Source: Octopus vulgaris
Lineage: Eukaryota
NCBI GenBank assembly: GCA_951406725.2
Contig: OX597818.1
Span: 120,280,001 to 120,344,000 of the forward strand
DNA length: 64,000 nt
Direction of reading: 5' to 3'
In this document: piece after piece, positions 40,370-53,180 of the stretch
Layout of the letters: the number at the start of each line of letters is the position of its first letter
How positions within the stretch are numbered: the first letter of the stretch is position 1
Position numbers and translations under genes: made by a program
The notes under the pieces: model-generated
Databases searched by the model: none
What the model was told of the DNA's origin: nothing
The model's input: only the letters and a program-made list of their open reading frames with translations

Positions 40370-41340
40370 AAGACTTACTGATATTGTGACCTTCGTGCAA
40401 TTTGCCCCAGCATAATTGGTGTTTAAATTTGCCAGCTCCGCTTTGGATTAGAAACTTGATCGCAGTAACCTTCGTCACAAAGTCAAGTTGTAGAAATTGG
40501 CCTCTTTCTTTCGTGCCCAATAATCTTGTAATTCATAAGAGAATAATGCATGAGATTTGTACAGTAAAGTTGTTCAGATAAGAATAAATGTCCTTAACGT
40601 TATTAGCGTTGAAGAGTTTACTGCGTTTATGTATAGGTGGGAATTGTCTTACTAAGGATAAAAAATCCCAGGCTATGTCGGTAACGGGTTGATATTGCAT
40701 GATCGTTTGAACCAGATTACCTTCTGTATCCTGGGTCTAATGTCGTATGGGAAATGTTCTTTGTACACAATGGCTTCCTCCAAAACTCCTCTTAAATGTT
40801 ACGGCTCAATGTATCGAGAACAGCTATAACATATTGTACTAATACTGATAGATATTACACTGGGCTACCACAAACACCTTCAAGAACAAGTATTATCCGC
40901 ATTTACACCCATTCAGATCAACAAGCAGGGAGAAATACGCCACTTTGTTCCAATTGATTTGGAGAGTGAGAAACCACAGATCTGAACATACTCTAATAGC
41001 ATAGAAATCATAGACTGAGTTACTCCATTTAACAACTGACAGCAAAGCTGCGGACTATGCTTGACTGAGACTTTTTCACAGATGGTTATGCTTGACTGAA
41101 CCATTTTAACATCAACCACTTATCTGATATATCAGAACCAGCTGATACGCTATGAGTGTAGCAAAGTTGCTTCTCCTGACAATCTTTACATCACAGCAGC
41201 TAAAACCAGCTGCAAGAATCTCATATGCAAAGTTGCACCAGAAACAGCCACCTAACTGGCCATGATCAATGAGAATAGAGTCAACTAATACCATATCGAT
41301 GCAGCTCTCCCTACAGTTCAGTTCATCGGGATTTGCCTGA
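40370..41340 (-). pseudogene. Highly decayed RTE-like AP-endonuclease region
   Basis: Scattered motifs ELHRYGI, CGFSL, QLDFV and YAGANC in the expected order. Confidence 0.35.
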
Positions 41341-41397
41341 AGGAATCGGTAACTGATTTCTACTAATAAGCTCTATGGTGTTAATTATTAATCACAC

Positions 41398-41631
41398 GGC
41401 GGCGAGCTGGCAGAAACGTTAGCACGCCGGGTGAAATGTGTAGCCGTATTTCGCCTGCCGTTGCGTTCTGAGTTCAAATTCCGCCGAGGTCGACTTTGCC
41501 TTTCATCCTTTCGGGGTCGATTAAATAAGTACCAGTTACGCACTAGGGTCGATATAATCGATTTAATCCATTTGTCTGTCCTTGTTTGTCCTCTCTGTGT
41601 TTAGCCCCTTGTGGGTAGTAAAGAAATAGGT
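41398..41631 (+). mobile_element. SINE family B, full length
   Basis: Near-consensus copy. Confidence 0.9.
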
Positions 41632-41883
41632 ACTAATTATTAGTCCATCATTTCGTTTATCTAATTAGGGGAAAGTTCATATTGAAATTCTCTCTTTTCT
41701 TTTATTTTTTCTTTCTTTAGTAAATATCATTATATGTAGACACGTACGTACAGACACACCTCACACACATATACATATATATGCATACACATACATATAG
41801 ATAGATATTATTTATGTACATATTCCTAACCACATACCCTTTCTGTGCCTTCAACTGCTGCTCTGGCTCTGTCTCTCTGTCTC

Positions 41884-41932
<49 letters not shown>

Positions 41933-42077
41933 GCCCTCTGCTATACTCCATTCTAAACACCTCTCTTATCTGCTATCATTCTCAATGCTTTCTCATGTCT
42001 ACCATGATGACCCACCTTCTATCACCCCATGTGTATCCCAGTAGCTCCCTCTCCATTGCATATGCGTCTTGCACATA

Positions 42078-42551
42078 CCTATTTCTTTACTACCCACAAG
42101 GGGCTAAACACAGAGAGGACAAACAAGGACAGACAAACGGATTAAGTCGATTACATCGACCCCAGTGCGTAACAGGTACTTATTTAATCGACCTCGAAAG
42201 GATGAAAGGCTAAGTCGATCTCGGCGGAATTTGAACTCAGAACGTAACGGCAGACGAAATACGGCTACGCATTTCGCCCGGCGTGCTAACGGTTCTGCCA
42301 GCTGTGTTCTGTTAGCCTTCAGGCGTCGAGCTGGCAGAATCGTTAGCACGCCGGGCGAAATGCTTAGCGGTATTTCGTCTGTCGTTACGTTCTGAGTTCA
42401 AATTCTGCCGAGGTCGACTTTGCCTTTCATCCTTTCGGGGTCGATAAATAAAGTACCAGTTTCGCACTGGAGTCGATGTAATCGACTTAATCCCTTTGTC
42501 TGTCCTTGTTTGTCCCCTCTATGTTTAGCCCCTTGTGGGTTGTAAAGAAAT
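42078..42551. mobile_element. Head-to-head inverted SINE B pair (42078-42303 minus, 42321-42551 plus)
   Basis: Two near-complete copies separated by about 20 bp. Confidence 0.9.
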
Positions 42552-42919
42552 ATATATCTACCACCTTACCTCTCTCCATACTGGTATGTCCCATCAAATG
42601 CACGCCCACCCTTGTTCATCACTCACCACATTAACTTCTACCTCCACCAGTTTGCTTCACCTTCACACTTATGAAAACATCCACTATCTCATCGCTTCCA
42701 ACGATCCATGGTTCCTATCCTTTGTTATACTCACCTTCTTACTCTTTGAGAGTTTACTCTAGCACCCAATCACTATCTTCCTCTAATCTCCTTCGGTCAT
42801 GTATTTCCTCTATGGCAAGACACCTGTCTTTCAACACTTGGCATAAAACCACTCACCTCAACTTTCTCCTCCCAAATACTTCCTTTTTGTAGTGGGAGTT
42901 TTTCCATTTCCCTATGTTC

Positions 42920-43305
42920 TTTTCTGTCTTGCAAGTTACATAGCAACTTCACTAATGCCTGTGATACAAAAAAAAAAAATACCCAGTAGACTGTGTAAAG
43001 TGGTTGGCATTAGAAAGAGCTTCCAGCCGTAGAAACTATGTCAAAAGTCACACCGGAGCGCGATGCAACCACACATCTCATCGCAACCCTACAGCAAGCC
43101 GCATCCCTGCAGTTCGCCGCAACCCTGCAGCTCGCCGCAACCCTGCAGCTCGCCGCAACTCTGCAGCACGCCGCAACCCTGCAGGTCGCCGCAACCCTGC
43201 AGCTCGCCGCAACATTGCAGCTCGCCGGTTCCCTGTTAAACCATCCAAACCATGCCAGTATCGAAAGCGAACGTTAAATAGTGATGATAATGATGATGAT
43301 GATGC
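42920..43305 (+). mobile_element. SINE 3' part with RTE-like tail, containing an 18-bp minisatellite (GCAACCCTGCAGCTCGCC, about 8 units, 43083-43227)
   Basis: GGTTGGCATTAGAAAGAGCTTCCAGCCGTAGAAAC block, CCATGCCAG..ACGTTAAA and (GAT)n tail. Confidence 0.7.
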
Positions 43306-43353
43306 ATGTGAACACAAATTTTTGTCTGCCCGGTGTGCAGTTACCATGGATAC

Positions 43354-43403
<50 letters not shown>

Positions 43404-43790
43404 TAGAGACAGGGACAGAGAGTGAACGAAATAAGAGACGGGAAAAAAGCAAAGAAAGAAAATGAAATGTCACGCTGCCAAAACATCAACAACAACCAGA
43501 AATCCGTGAAGAACTCGATAAAATATTAAACCAAAGACAACATGAGTATTAACACAAGAAATTATTAAAACATTTATTAAAACTGCTAAAATATATATAC
43601 AAAATACATACGATAGACATTCTGATATTTGTACCATGAGAATTAAGGCAATGGGAGATGTTGTCCTTTTGGATTTTGGTATATTTTATGGAATGGAAAA
43701 CGAAAGAAAAGAAGTATTGACTTACCAAACTCAATGAGATTTGTATAGACGAGAACAATGATCTATATGTGTAAGTATGTGTGAGTACAA

Positions 43791-43881
<91 letters not shown>

Positions 43882-44131
43882 TGTGTTAATTATATATAAT
43901 GTAGCCGTATAATAGATTATTTTGTAATTTATAGTATAGACCCAGTTATCTATTTGAAAGCCTTAACTGAGAAAATTGCTGACAAAGTGAAGACATTTTA
44001 TTGTTCTCGTGTATAAACAGAAAAATTACGCACTCACACACATACACATGCACGCCCGCTCGCACTTATACATACACAAATGCATAGAAGCACATATACA
44101 TACATATATACATACATACATACATACATAT

Positions 44132-44172
<41 letters not shown>

Positions 44173-44200
44173 CATACAAACGTACCTATATAAACACATA

Positions 44201-44367
44201 TAGGCACAGGAGCAGCTGTGTGGTAAGTAGCTTGCTTACCAACCACATGGTCCCGGACTCAGTCAGACTGTGTGGCACCTTGCGCAAGAGCTTTCTACTA
44301 TAGCCTCGAGCCGACCAAAGCCTTGTGAGTGGATTTGGTAGATGGAAACTGAAAGAAGCCCTTCGTA

Positions 44368-44402
<35 letters not shown>

Positions 44403-44660
44403 TGTATGTATGTATGTATGTATGTATGTATGTATGTATGCAGGTATGTATGTATTATGTGTGTGTATATATTTGTGTGTCTATTTTTGTACCTCAAACA
44501 TCGCTTGACAACCGATGCTGTTGTGTTTATGTCCCCGCAACTAAGCGGTTCGGCAAAAAGAAGCCGATAGAATAAGTCCTGGGGTCGATTTGCTCGACTA
44601 AAGGCAGTGCTTCAGCATGGCCGCAGTCATATGACTGAAACAAGTATAAGAATAAAAGAA
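44201..44660 (+). mobile_element. SINE family A
   Basis: Head to tail collinear, with a (TATG)n middle. Confidence 0.85.
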
Positions 44661-44849
44661 TACATATAAACACACACATATATATGCATAGACATACATA
44701 TATGCGTGTATGCGTGTGTGTGTATGCTATAGTGTCTATCAGTGTGACAGTATAGAAAACACAAATAGAACTAGTGTTGAGGAATATGTGTGTATATGTG
44801 TTTTTCCGTACGTGTGTGCATAAGTGTGTGTGTGGTGTCTATGTGTGTG

Positions 44850-45144
44850 CAGTGGCGGACTGGGCCTAGAAATATTGGTTGCCAGGAGACTAAGGCGGCC
44901 CACCCGCAACTACAGTGCGATCATTTAATTGTTTTATTATTTATTTTTAAAGCATTCTTTTCAACTGTCTACAAACACAGCCAGGCTGAAATAATCAATG
45001 CATTCTTCCAGGAGTGAATAAAAAAATTCTCAAACTTGAATGGATGGACATCTTAGATACTAACATGGCCCCCATATATGGATTTTAATGGTGCAGGGGT
45101 CCACTTGCATCGGGCAACCTGGCAACCTGGCTAGTCCGCCACTG
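44850..45144. mobile_element. hAT-type MITE
   Basis: Perfect 12-bp TIR CAGTGGCGGACT / AGTCCGCCACTG; 8-bp TGTGTGTG on each side. Confidence 0.85.
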
Positions 45145-45544
45145 TGTGTGTGTGGTGTCATGCGTGCGTGCGTGCGTACATGTGTGTGTGTGTGTGTGTG
45201 TGCGTGTGTGTGCGCGCATTAAAACGTAAAGTAGGTTAGTTATACTTCCATTACTGCACAGTTTCACTGTTGTGGAATTTCGATGTGTACGTTGCCTTTA
45301 GTGAAATCTTGTGTCGTGACCAACAAAAAGGATTACGTCAGGATCTTTTAGTGTTAGCTTTCCTTGCATGTGCTGTACAAGTAATTAAATTAAAATGCGT
45401 GGTGAATGTTCGAAGTTTCTCGTGTAGAATGAAAGTTTATAAAAAAACAGAGAATTGGTGAGTATAAGCTCGAAATGAAGATGCTTGGCAACATGATAAA
45501 AAAAAGAAGAAAGCAACAAACAAAACTGTATATCAATATCTAAC

Positions 45545-45870
45545 AGGCACTCCGTCGGTTACGACGATGAGTGTTCCAGTCAATTCAATAAACAGAACAG
45601 CCTGGTCGCGAAATTACAGTGCAAGTGGCTGAATGCTCCACAAACACGCGTGCCCCTGACGTAGTTCTGAGGGAGATTCAGCGTGACACAGAAAATCTAT
45701 CAAGCCTGGCCCTTTGAATTACAGGTACAAGTCATTTTTGCCAACTGTAAGGTCTGAAGCTTATATGAAATAAAGTGTCTTGCTCTGGAGGCACCATGCG
45801 CCACCAGGAGCCGATCTAACGACATGACGATCGTGAGTTGAATGTTCTAACTACTAAGCCGCACGCCTTT
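45545..45870 (-). mobile_element. SINE family D, diverged
   Basis: Reverse-strand homolog of the 28152-28440 element. Confidence 0.7.
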
Positions 45871-46358
45871 ACAAATCAATATCTAGAAAAGAAATATGAA
45901 GCTTAATTATTCTATTTTTTTTTTCTTTTAGAACTCATTAACCGATCGTGCAAACGATCTTGCGATCTTAAAATTACAAAGCGAACTTAATAACTTCATA
46001 ACGACATCGTTATGCCTGAGCCCTTGGATAAAAATCTATTTTAAACGCCATCTGCTTCATTATCAGCATTCATGCCTTATTCGATATTGTATTTTTTATC
46101 ATGATATCTTCGTTAAAATTGAATAAATTATGCTACATAGTTTTATGAAATGTGAATGATAAAATCAAGTACATGAAAATAGATTGCTTCAGTTGACTTT
46201 GTCAATACTGATACGCTAATTTCAACGATGTGATTTAACTCCAGGTCATTTTAGTTAAAAGATTTTTCAATTGTAACTGACCCATAATTTTTCCTCTTTT
46301 CTTACAATCAGCCTGTCCATTACAACACAATGAGTCCTGTGTTTCTAAGACAGTACAG

Positions 46359-46802
46359 GGATCTTTTCGCTTTGACCGGCAGATTTTTTAAATAATTTCT
46401 TTGTAACTAAACACTTTTAAACTTCGTATACTGGTAGAATGTGATTATAAAAGATCTTTTTCTCTTGGTTTTCTTGAGAAAATTCTGTAGTTTGCCGGTC
46501 AAAGCGAAAAGATCCCTGTACTGTCTTAGAAACACAGGACTCATTGTGTTGTAATGGACAAATTATTGTTGTTGACAAAGATCCGGAGAAATTATAGTCA
46601 CCTCAATAGATGTCATTGATTGGTTGAAATTGCCGAAATGCAGGAGATTAAACAACAATTAACTTACAAACTACAGAATTTTCTCAAGAAAGCCAAGAGA
46701 AAAAGATGTTTTATAAACACATTCTACAAGTATACGGAGTTTAAAAGTGTTTAGTTACAAAGAAATTACTTTTAAAATCTGCCGGACAAAGCGAAAAGAT
46801 CC
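46359..46802. mobile_element. TIR element related to 14398/36631, with 8-bp TSD, ~130-bp inverted arms and an internal inverted copy of its left flank
   Basis: CAGTACAG at 46351-46358 and 46803-46810; TIR GGATCTTTTCGCTTTG. Confidence 0.9.
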
Positions 46803-46960
46803 CAGTACAGTGTAATTTGAGCGAGATTTACTTGCTATTTCTAGCAGCTCGCGTGACTGTAGATTATTAGTTCTTAATAAATGAGTCATTGTATAATTAT
46901 GAAAGGGTTGCAAAAGCAAAGCCACTTACTTTCAGGATATTTAATACAAAGTAAAATGTT

Positions 46961-47370
46961 AGGCGTAGGAGTGGCTGTGTGGTAGGTGGCTTGCTTACGA
47001 ACCACATGGTTCCTGGTTCGGTCCCGCTGTGTGGCACCTTGGGTGGGTGTCTTCTACTGTGGCCTCGAGCCGACCAGTGCCCTGTGAGTGGATTTGGTAG
47101 ATAGAAACTGAAAAGAAGCCCGTCGTATATATGTATATATACATATGTATGTGTGTGTCTGTGTTTGTCCCCCCCCCACAACATCGCTTGACAACCGATG
47201 CTGGTGTGTTTATGTCCCCGTAACTTAGCGGTTCGGCAAAAGAGACCGATAGAATAAGTACTAGGCTTACAAAGAATAAATCCTGGGGTCTATTTGCTCG
47301 ACTAAAGGCGGTGTCCCAGCATGGCCACAGTCAAATGACTGAAACAAGTAAAAGAGTAAAGAGTAAAGAG
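46961..47370 (+). mobile_element. SINE family A with clustered A-to-G substitutions in its head
   Basis: Full-length copy; 9 A>G changes relative to sibling copies within 46985-47077. Confidence 0.9.
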
Positions 47371-48654
47371 TATGTTATACAATATATGATTGGAACATAA
47401 AATCTTAGACTTTACATTCAGACTTAGACTTAGGGTTTCCTGTAATTTGAGAAACATGAAGTAGCAATCTTCCTTCACTTTGGTCGATCTGCCGCAGTTG
47501 CTTCCACTCCTGTCCAACCGGCTCGTTTTCGGTTTTCTTTCTTCGAGTGTCCAACACAATATTTATCGCAGACAAAAAGAAACTTGGGAAATATCTCCCC
47601 AAGTATCCGATATAAATATATCGTGTTTACGTCAGAAGAATTTAGAAACTTCGAGAGATTTGAAATAGTGAAAACTATAAATAACAGCGCGAAAATATTT
47701 AGTAAATATTTAACCCTTCGAGTAAAAAAGGTTGAAGGCTGCTCGTGGGACATGAGCAGCAATCGACATTTTTTATCAAAAGAGTCGAAGAGTTTTTAGC
47801 CCAATATTTACTTTTATTTATAAATGTATTAATTCATTTGAAAATTGATTTTCAAAAAATTCAATTAAGCTATTTTTTTAATAAAAGAAATGGTTGGGGT
47901 GTTGTGGTTTCTTGAGTTCTCAAATTAGGTCGCAATAGTCGTAAGATAAGATTTCCCGGCATTAGGGACTCATTTATTGGCTCGTTTAAGAAGTAGAAAT
48001 GTCAACGAAACTCTTTTCTATTAAAACACAATGAGATAACTATATTTTTTCTCCACTCCCATATTTTTTACGTTTCCCATTTAGAAATTTGTTCTTGCCT
48101 TCTATTCCAGAATAAACGGGCATCGATTTTACGGCGAGAAAACATTATTTTTTGCTGCTTTAGTAAGTCAATAATCGAGACATTTTGGACTAGCAATTAT
48201 AGGTAAAACGATACGATGCACTGAATTGACAGACAGATCAGAAGCGTTCCATTGAAAGGAAAATATATTTCTTTACATATGAATTTGAATTGTGTGAATG
48301 GAATCAAGTACAATAGAATAGGTTTAGATCTGATAATAAATTATCTATACATAGTCATATATACAATTAGTTATTCAAACACATATATTCTTGCCTACAT
48401 TCATGTGTGTGTGTGCATATGTGTGTGTGTGTGTTCATTATACCAATGTATTTTATGTTATACATGTCTGTAAAGATATATATTCTGTCTTACGTATTAA
48501 GTTCTGCCATTTGTAAAAAAAACAACAACCATACTAAGATAAATGTATGTGCATGTATACATACATACATACATACATACACACACACATACATACATAA
48601 ATACATACATACAGATATATATATATATACACGCGCACGCATACACACATATAA

Positions 48655-48689
<35 letters not shown>

Positions 48690-48879
48690 GTTGACTAAAA
48701 ACTTTGACAGCTGTACACACACACATACATGTATGTGCGTTTGTGTGTGTGTGTGTTTGTATGCATGTGCGTGCATGATTGTTTATTTGCGTATGAATGT
48801 CTATACATAATGTAAAAAAGAACTTTAGATGTATAACATAGAATACAGTGGTATAATGTGCAGTTATACACACATACAG

Positions 48880-48924
<45 letters not shown>

Positions 48925-48969
48925 AACAAACACAGATATTGTTTACAGATGCATTCAAAAACATTGATT

Positions 48970-49035
<66 letters not shown>

Positions 49036-49115
49036 ACACACACACACTCACACGCACGCAAACAAACACAGATATTGTTTACACATGCATTCAAGAACAT
49101 TGAATGCACACACAA

Positions 49116-49146
<31 letters not shown>

Positions 49147-50188
49147 CACACACAGCTGTAGTACCATTCGTAGAAAGTCACATACATATATTAATGATCT
49201 TTTTTTTTCCCGTGTGTTTTTCCATCGTTTTTCCCATCACCAAGAGACTTTAGTGTCGTTCTAGCAAGTCGTTTGGTATGGTTATCTTGGCTAAACTTAA
49301 TCTACTTAAGTGGACTTTCTACCAGTTTGCCAAATATCGAAAGACAAAAATTTAATTAATAATGACTGCTTTGTTCAGCAAATAACAATTGATGAGAACA
49401 AAAGTATATTTTCAGTAGAAAGACTTAGCCAATGTTGGATTTGGTAGAATTACGAATAGTTTTTAGTTATTATATTATATCATAGACCACAAACAATGCA
49501 ATGAGTATTTGAAATAAAAGATACAAGGATCGATTTTACGATAAATATAGTTAATCTGAAAATGCCGATATATTGAATATTCCTAGTCAACGATTTTTGT
49601 TTTCTATATTAAAAAGCATTTTTTAAATATAAAATTTATGTAATTGATCATAAAACAAGTGAAATCTCCAACGGATATTATTACTTATGTAACACAAGCC
49701 AAAGAGAGAGGGAGATTCTGCGTAGTCGGATGGTATGCGAGAAAGAGCAATCTAGTGTCTGCCAATCTTACCCTACTGTACAGAAATGTGAAGGACACAT
49801 GTAACAATATATCTATTTAAAATGGGTTCGACTGAGAACTTTTGATTATTGGTTCATGTAATCAGTTCTGGTGACAATTAAAGCAAGAACAGTAGAAAGT
49901 GAAAGTAGAATCGATACCCTATTCTATGAGATGAACCAGCTTTAGATGCCCAAGGCGCATCACATTTCACAACTGTGCTCTTGCGACTCTATCAGGATTT
50001 GAAGGTCCAAGTCATTTATGTATGTATGTATGTATGTATGTATGTATGTATGTATGTATGTATGTATGTATGTATGTATGTATGTATGTATGTATGTATG
50101 TATGCATGTATGTATGTATGTATGTATGTATGTATGTATGTATGTATGTATGTATGTATGTATGTATGTATGTATGAATGTATGTATG

Positions 50189-51108
50189 TGTTGTGGCGAG
50201 AGTCATTGACACCCCAATAGGATTGGAAACTGGAATTGCCGAGCTACTTTTATAAAAGTAGCGTATTGGTTGAGACAAGAGAGACGTCGTAGAAGTCGCT
50301 GAGATTTCGTGGAAGTCGTAAGAAGTTGTTGAGATCGTTGAGAGTTTGATCGTGTTTAGTGGAGTAATTTGAAGAACGTCGTCTGAAGACAGTTGTATCT
50401 ATCCCTGCTCCGTTAAATCTGTATGTCCAACGTAGAGAAGGATATAAAAGTGGCGACGAGGATATCCGCTTATAAAAGTGGTGACGAGTTTATTAGAAGC
50501 TGACGTTGGATACTCTTTTACTCTTTTACTTGTTTCAGTCATTTGACTGCGGCCATGCTGGAGCACCGCCTTTAGTCGAGCAAATCGACCCCGGGACTTA
50601 TTCTTTGTAAGCCCAGTACTTATTCTATCGGTCCCTTTTGCCGAACCGCTAAGTGACGGGGACGTAATACACCAGCATCGGTTGTCAAGCAATGCTAGGG
50701 GGACAAACACAGACACACAAACATATACACACATACTTATATATATATGCATATATACGACAGGCTTCTTTCAGTTTCCGTCTACCAAATACACTCACAA
50801 GGCATTGGTCGGCTCGGGGCTATAGCAGAGGCACTTGCCTAAGATGCCACGCAGCGGGACTGAACCCGGAACCATGTGGTTGGTTAGCAAGCTACTTACC
50901 ACACAGCCACTCCTGCGCCTGATGTTAACGTTTTCTTTTGATACAAAAATCAAAGATAAATCAGTTAACATGAAAGACTTATTAGTCTCCGTGGTGCAGT
51001 TGCAACAGCAGCGGCGGCAACAGCAACAACAGTTTCAGCAGCAATTACGAACAACGGTCTCCAAGAGTCGATCAACAGCTCGCAAGAGTCGAACAACAAT
51101 ACCAACAG
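50189..51108 (+). mobile_element. Gypsy (Mag-like) LTR retrotransposon 5' fragment: LTR, tRNA-Ser primer-binding site and start of a Q-rich Gag; interrupted by SINE A (50511-50920, minus)
   Basis: Begins TGTTG; TGGCGACGAGGAT at 50451-50463 is complementary to the tRNA-Ser(GCU) 3' end; ATG at 50970 gives MKDLLVSVVQLQQQRRQQQQQFQQQ. Confidence 0.7.
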
Positions 51109-51140
<32 letters not shown>

Positions 51141-51227
51141 TGTATGTATGTATGTATGTATGTATGTATGTATGTATGCATGTATGCATGTATGCATGTA
51201 TGTATGTATGCATGCAAATGTATATTT

Positions 51228-51790
51228 AGGCGCAGGTGTGGCTGTATGGTAAAAGGCATCACGGGCCGACCAAAACCTTGTGGATGGATTTGATAGAGAG
51301 AAACTGAAGACGTCCGTCGTATATATTTCTTTACTGCCCGCAAGGGGCTAAACATAGAGGGGGCAAACAAGGACAGACAAGGGAATTAAGTCGATTACAT
51401 CAACTCCAGTACGTAATTGGTACATTATTTATCGACCCCGAAAGGATGAAAGGCAAAGTCGATCTCGGCGGAATTTGAACTCAGAACGTAACGGCAGACG
51501 AAATACCGTAAAGCATTTCGCCCGGCGTGCTAACGTTTCTGCCAGCTCGTCCGTCGTATATATGCGTGTGTATGTCTTAGTGTTTGTGCTTCTCCTCCAG
51601 CACCGTTTGACAACCGGTGTTGGCTTGTTTCCGACCTCGTAACCTAGCGATACGGCAAAGAGAGGCCGATAGAATAAGTGCCTGATTTTTAAAAATGTAG
51701 TGGAGTTGATCTATTCGACCAAGCCTCCAAAGCGGTGTCCTAGCATGGCTGCAATCCAATGACTGAAACAAGTAAAACATAAAGAATACG
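51228..51790 (+). mobile_element. Diverged SINE A with an antisense SINE B inserted (~51325-51550)
   Basis: CGTCCGTCGTATATAT duplicated around the family B insert. Confidence 0.8.
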
Positions 51791-52534
51791 TATTATCTTT
51801 TATCGCTTACATGTAAATTTCTAAAATAAAATCAAAAAATATAATTGTTACAATTTTTTCTTTATTTAAAAGTAATAATTCCTTGATTCTTTTGTGTCGT
51901 CTCCTTTTTATAAAGAAATTAAAAAAAAAAAATACTTGATGAAATTGATAAAGAACAATAAAAATTCAGTCATATTATCTTGATATAGTTAGAATATTTA
52001 TCGACCCGTTGGATAGCCACCTAAACACTCAGCATTCAATATTGAACGCTTTACCGACACTCTGGCTAAATAAAATGAATGAACCTGAATCTTGAAATTA
52101 TTTTAAACTACAAAGGCTGTTATTAAAGACTATTGTGAAAAAATAGTAACACCCCTGACTGCAAAATCCGTTAATATCGATAATAGTGTCAGTTCTGTGA
52201 TAATATATATAATTAATAACCATACAAGACTGTTCCACTCTTGGCGTCATCTCTTCTCAAAGCTGGCAAGAAGAAAAATAAAACAACAAATATAGAACGA
52301 TAGTTGTTGGCATCTGATGACAGATTTGTAATTAGTTTACCATATCATTATATATGTTTACTTATTTGGCTACATACACAAATGAATATAATTATTTTTT
52401 TCTTATAAAACCTCGTCTTCAAACCTGAAGGTGATTGACTATCGTCATTGACAGCATTATGACTGAAATGGAAACTAGTAAAGCAGTCTTTGTGAATTAC
52501 GACACCTCTAAAATTAAATGAATGAATCGTGTCT

Positions 52535-52950
52535 GTATGGAAGAAGCTTCCTTCTCAACCACGTGGTTCCGGGTTCAGTCCCACTGCGTAGCACCTTGGG
52601 TAAGTAGTCTTGTACTATGGCTTCGGAACAACCAAAGCCCTATAACTGGATTTGGTCGAAGGAAACTGAAAGAAGCCCGTCGTGTGTACCTACATCTAAA
52701 TCTATATCTATATATGAGTGTGTGTGTTTGTGTCTGTGTTCCTACCCCGCCAAATCACTGCTTGACAACCGGTGTTGGTTTGTCTACGACCTTGTGACTT
52801 ACCGGTTCGGCAAAAAGAGATCGATAAGATAAGTACTTGTCTTTAAAAAATATAAGTACTGGGGTCGATTCATTCGACTACAAGTTCTTCAAGTAGGTGC
52901 TCCAGCATGGCCGCAGTCTAATGACTGAGAAACGCAAACGATAAAAAGTA
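52535..52950 (+). mobile_element. Diverged SINE family A
   Basis: Collinear with the consensus. Confidence 0.8.
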
Positions 52951-53180
52951 AGTAAATAAATAAATGGATAAATAAATAAATAAATATATTAATAAACAGA
53001 TAAATAATTTTTTTCTCATATAAGCACAAGGCCTGATATTTTCGTTTCATTTTCTTCGAGAAAACGAGGAAATGAAACTATATAATTAAGTTCAACAGTT
53101 GCGAAGTGATTGATACATTTTCAAGTCTATTAAATCCTATACCGTTAACACAAAAAGAAAGGTGCCATATATATCTCTTA

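Noticed and set aside
48919-49110. Duplicated ~55-bp unique segment between (CA)n tracts
   Set aside because: Ordinary slippage or unequal exchange between microsatellites
50790-50860. A second possible edited SINE copy
   Set aside because: Substitutions are few and on both strands; no strand-specific A>G cluster
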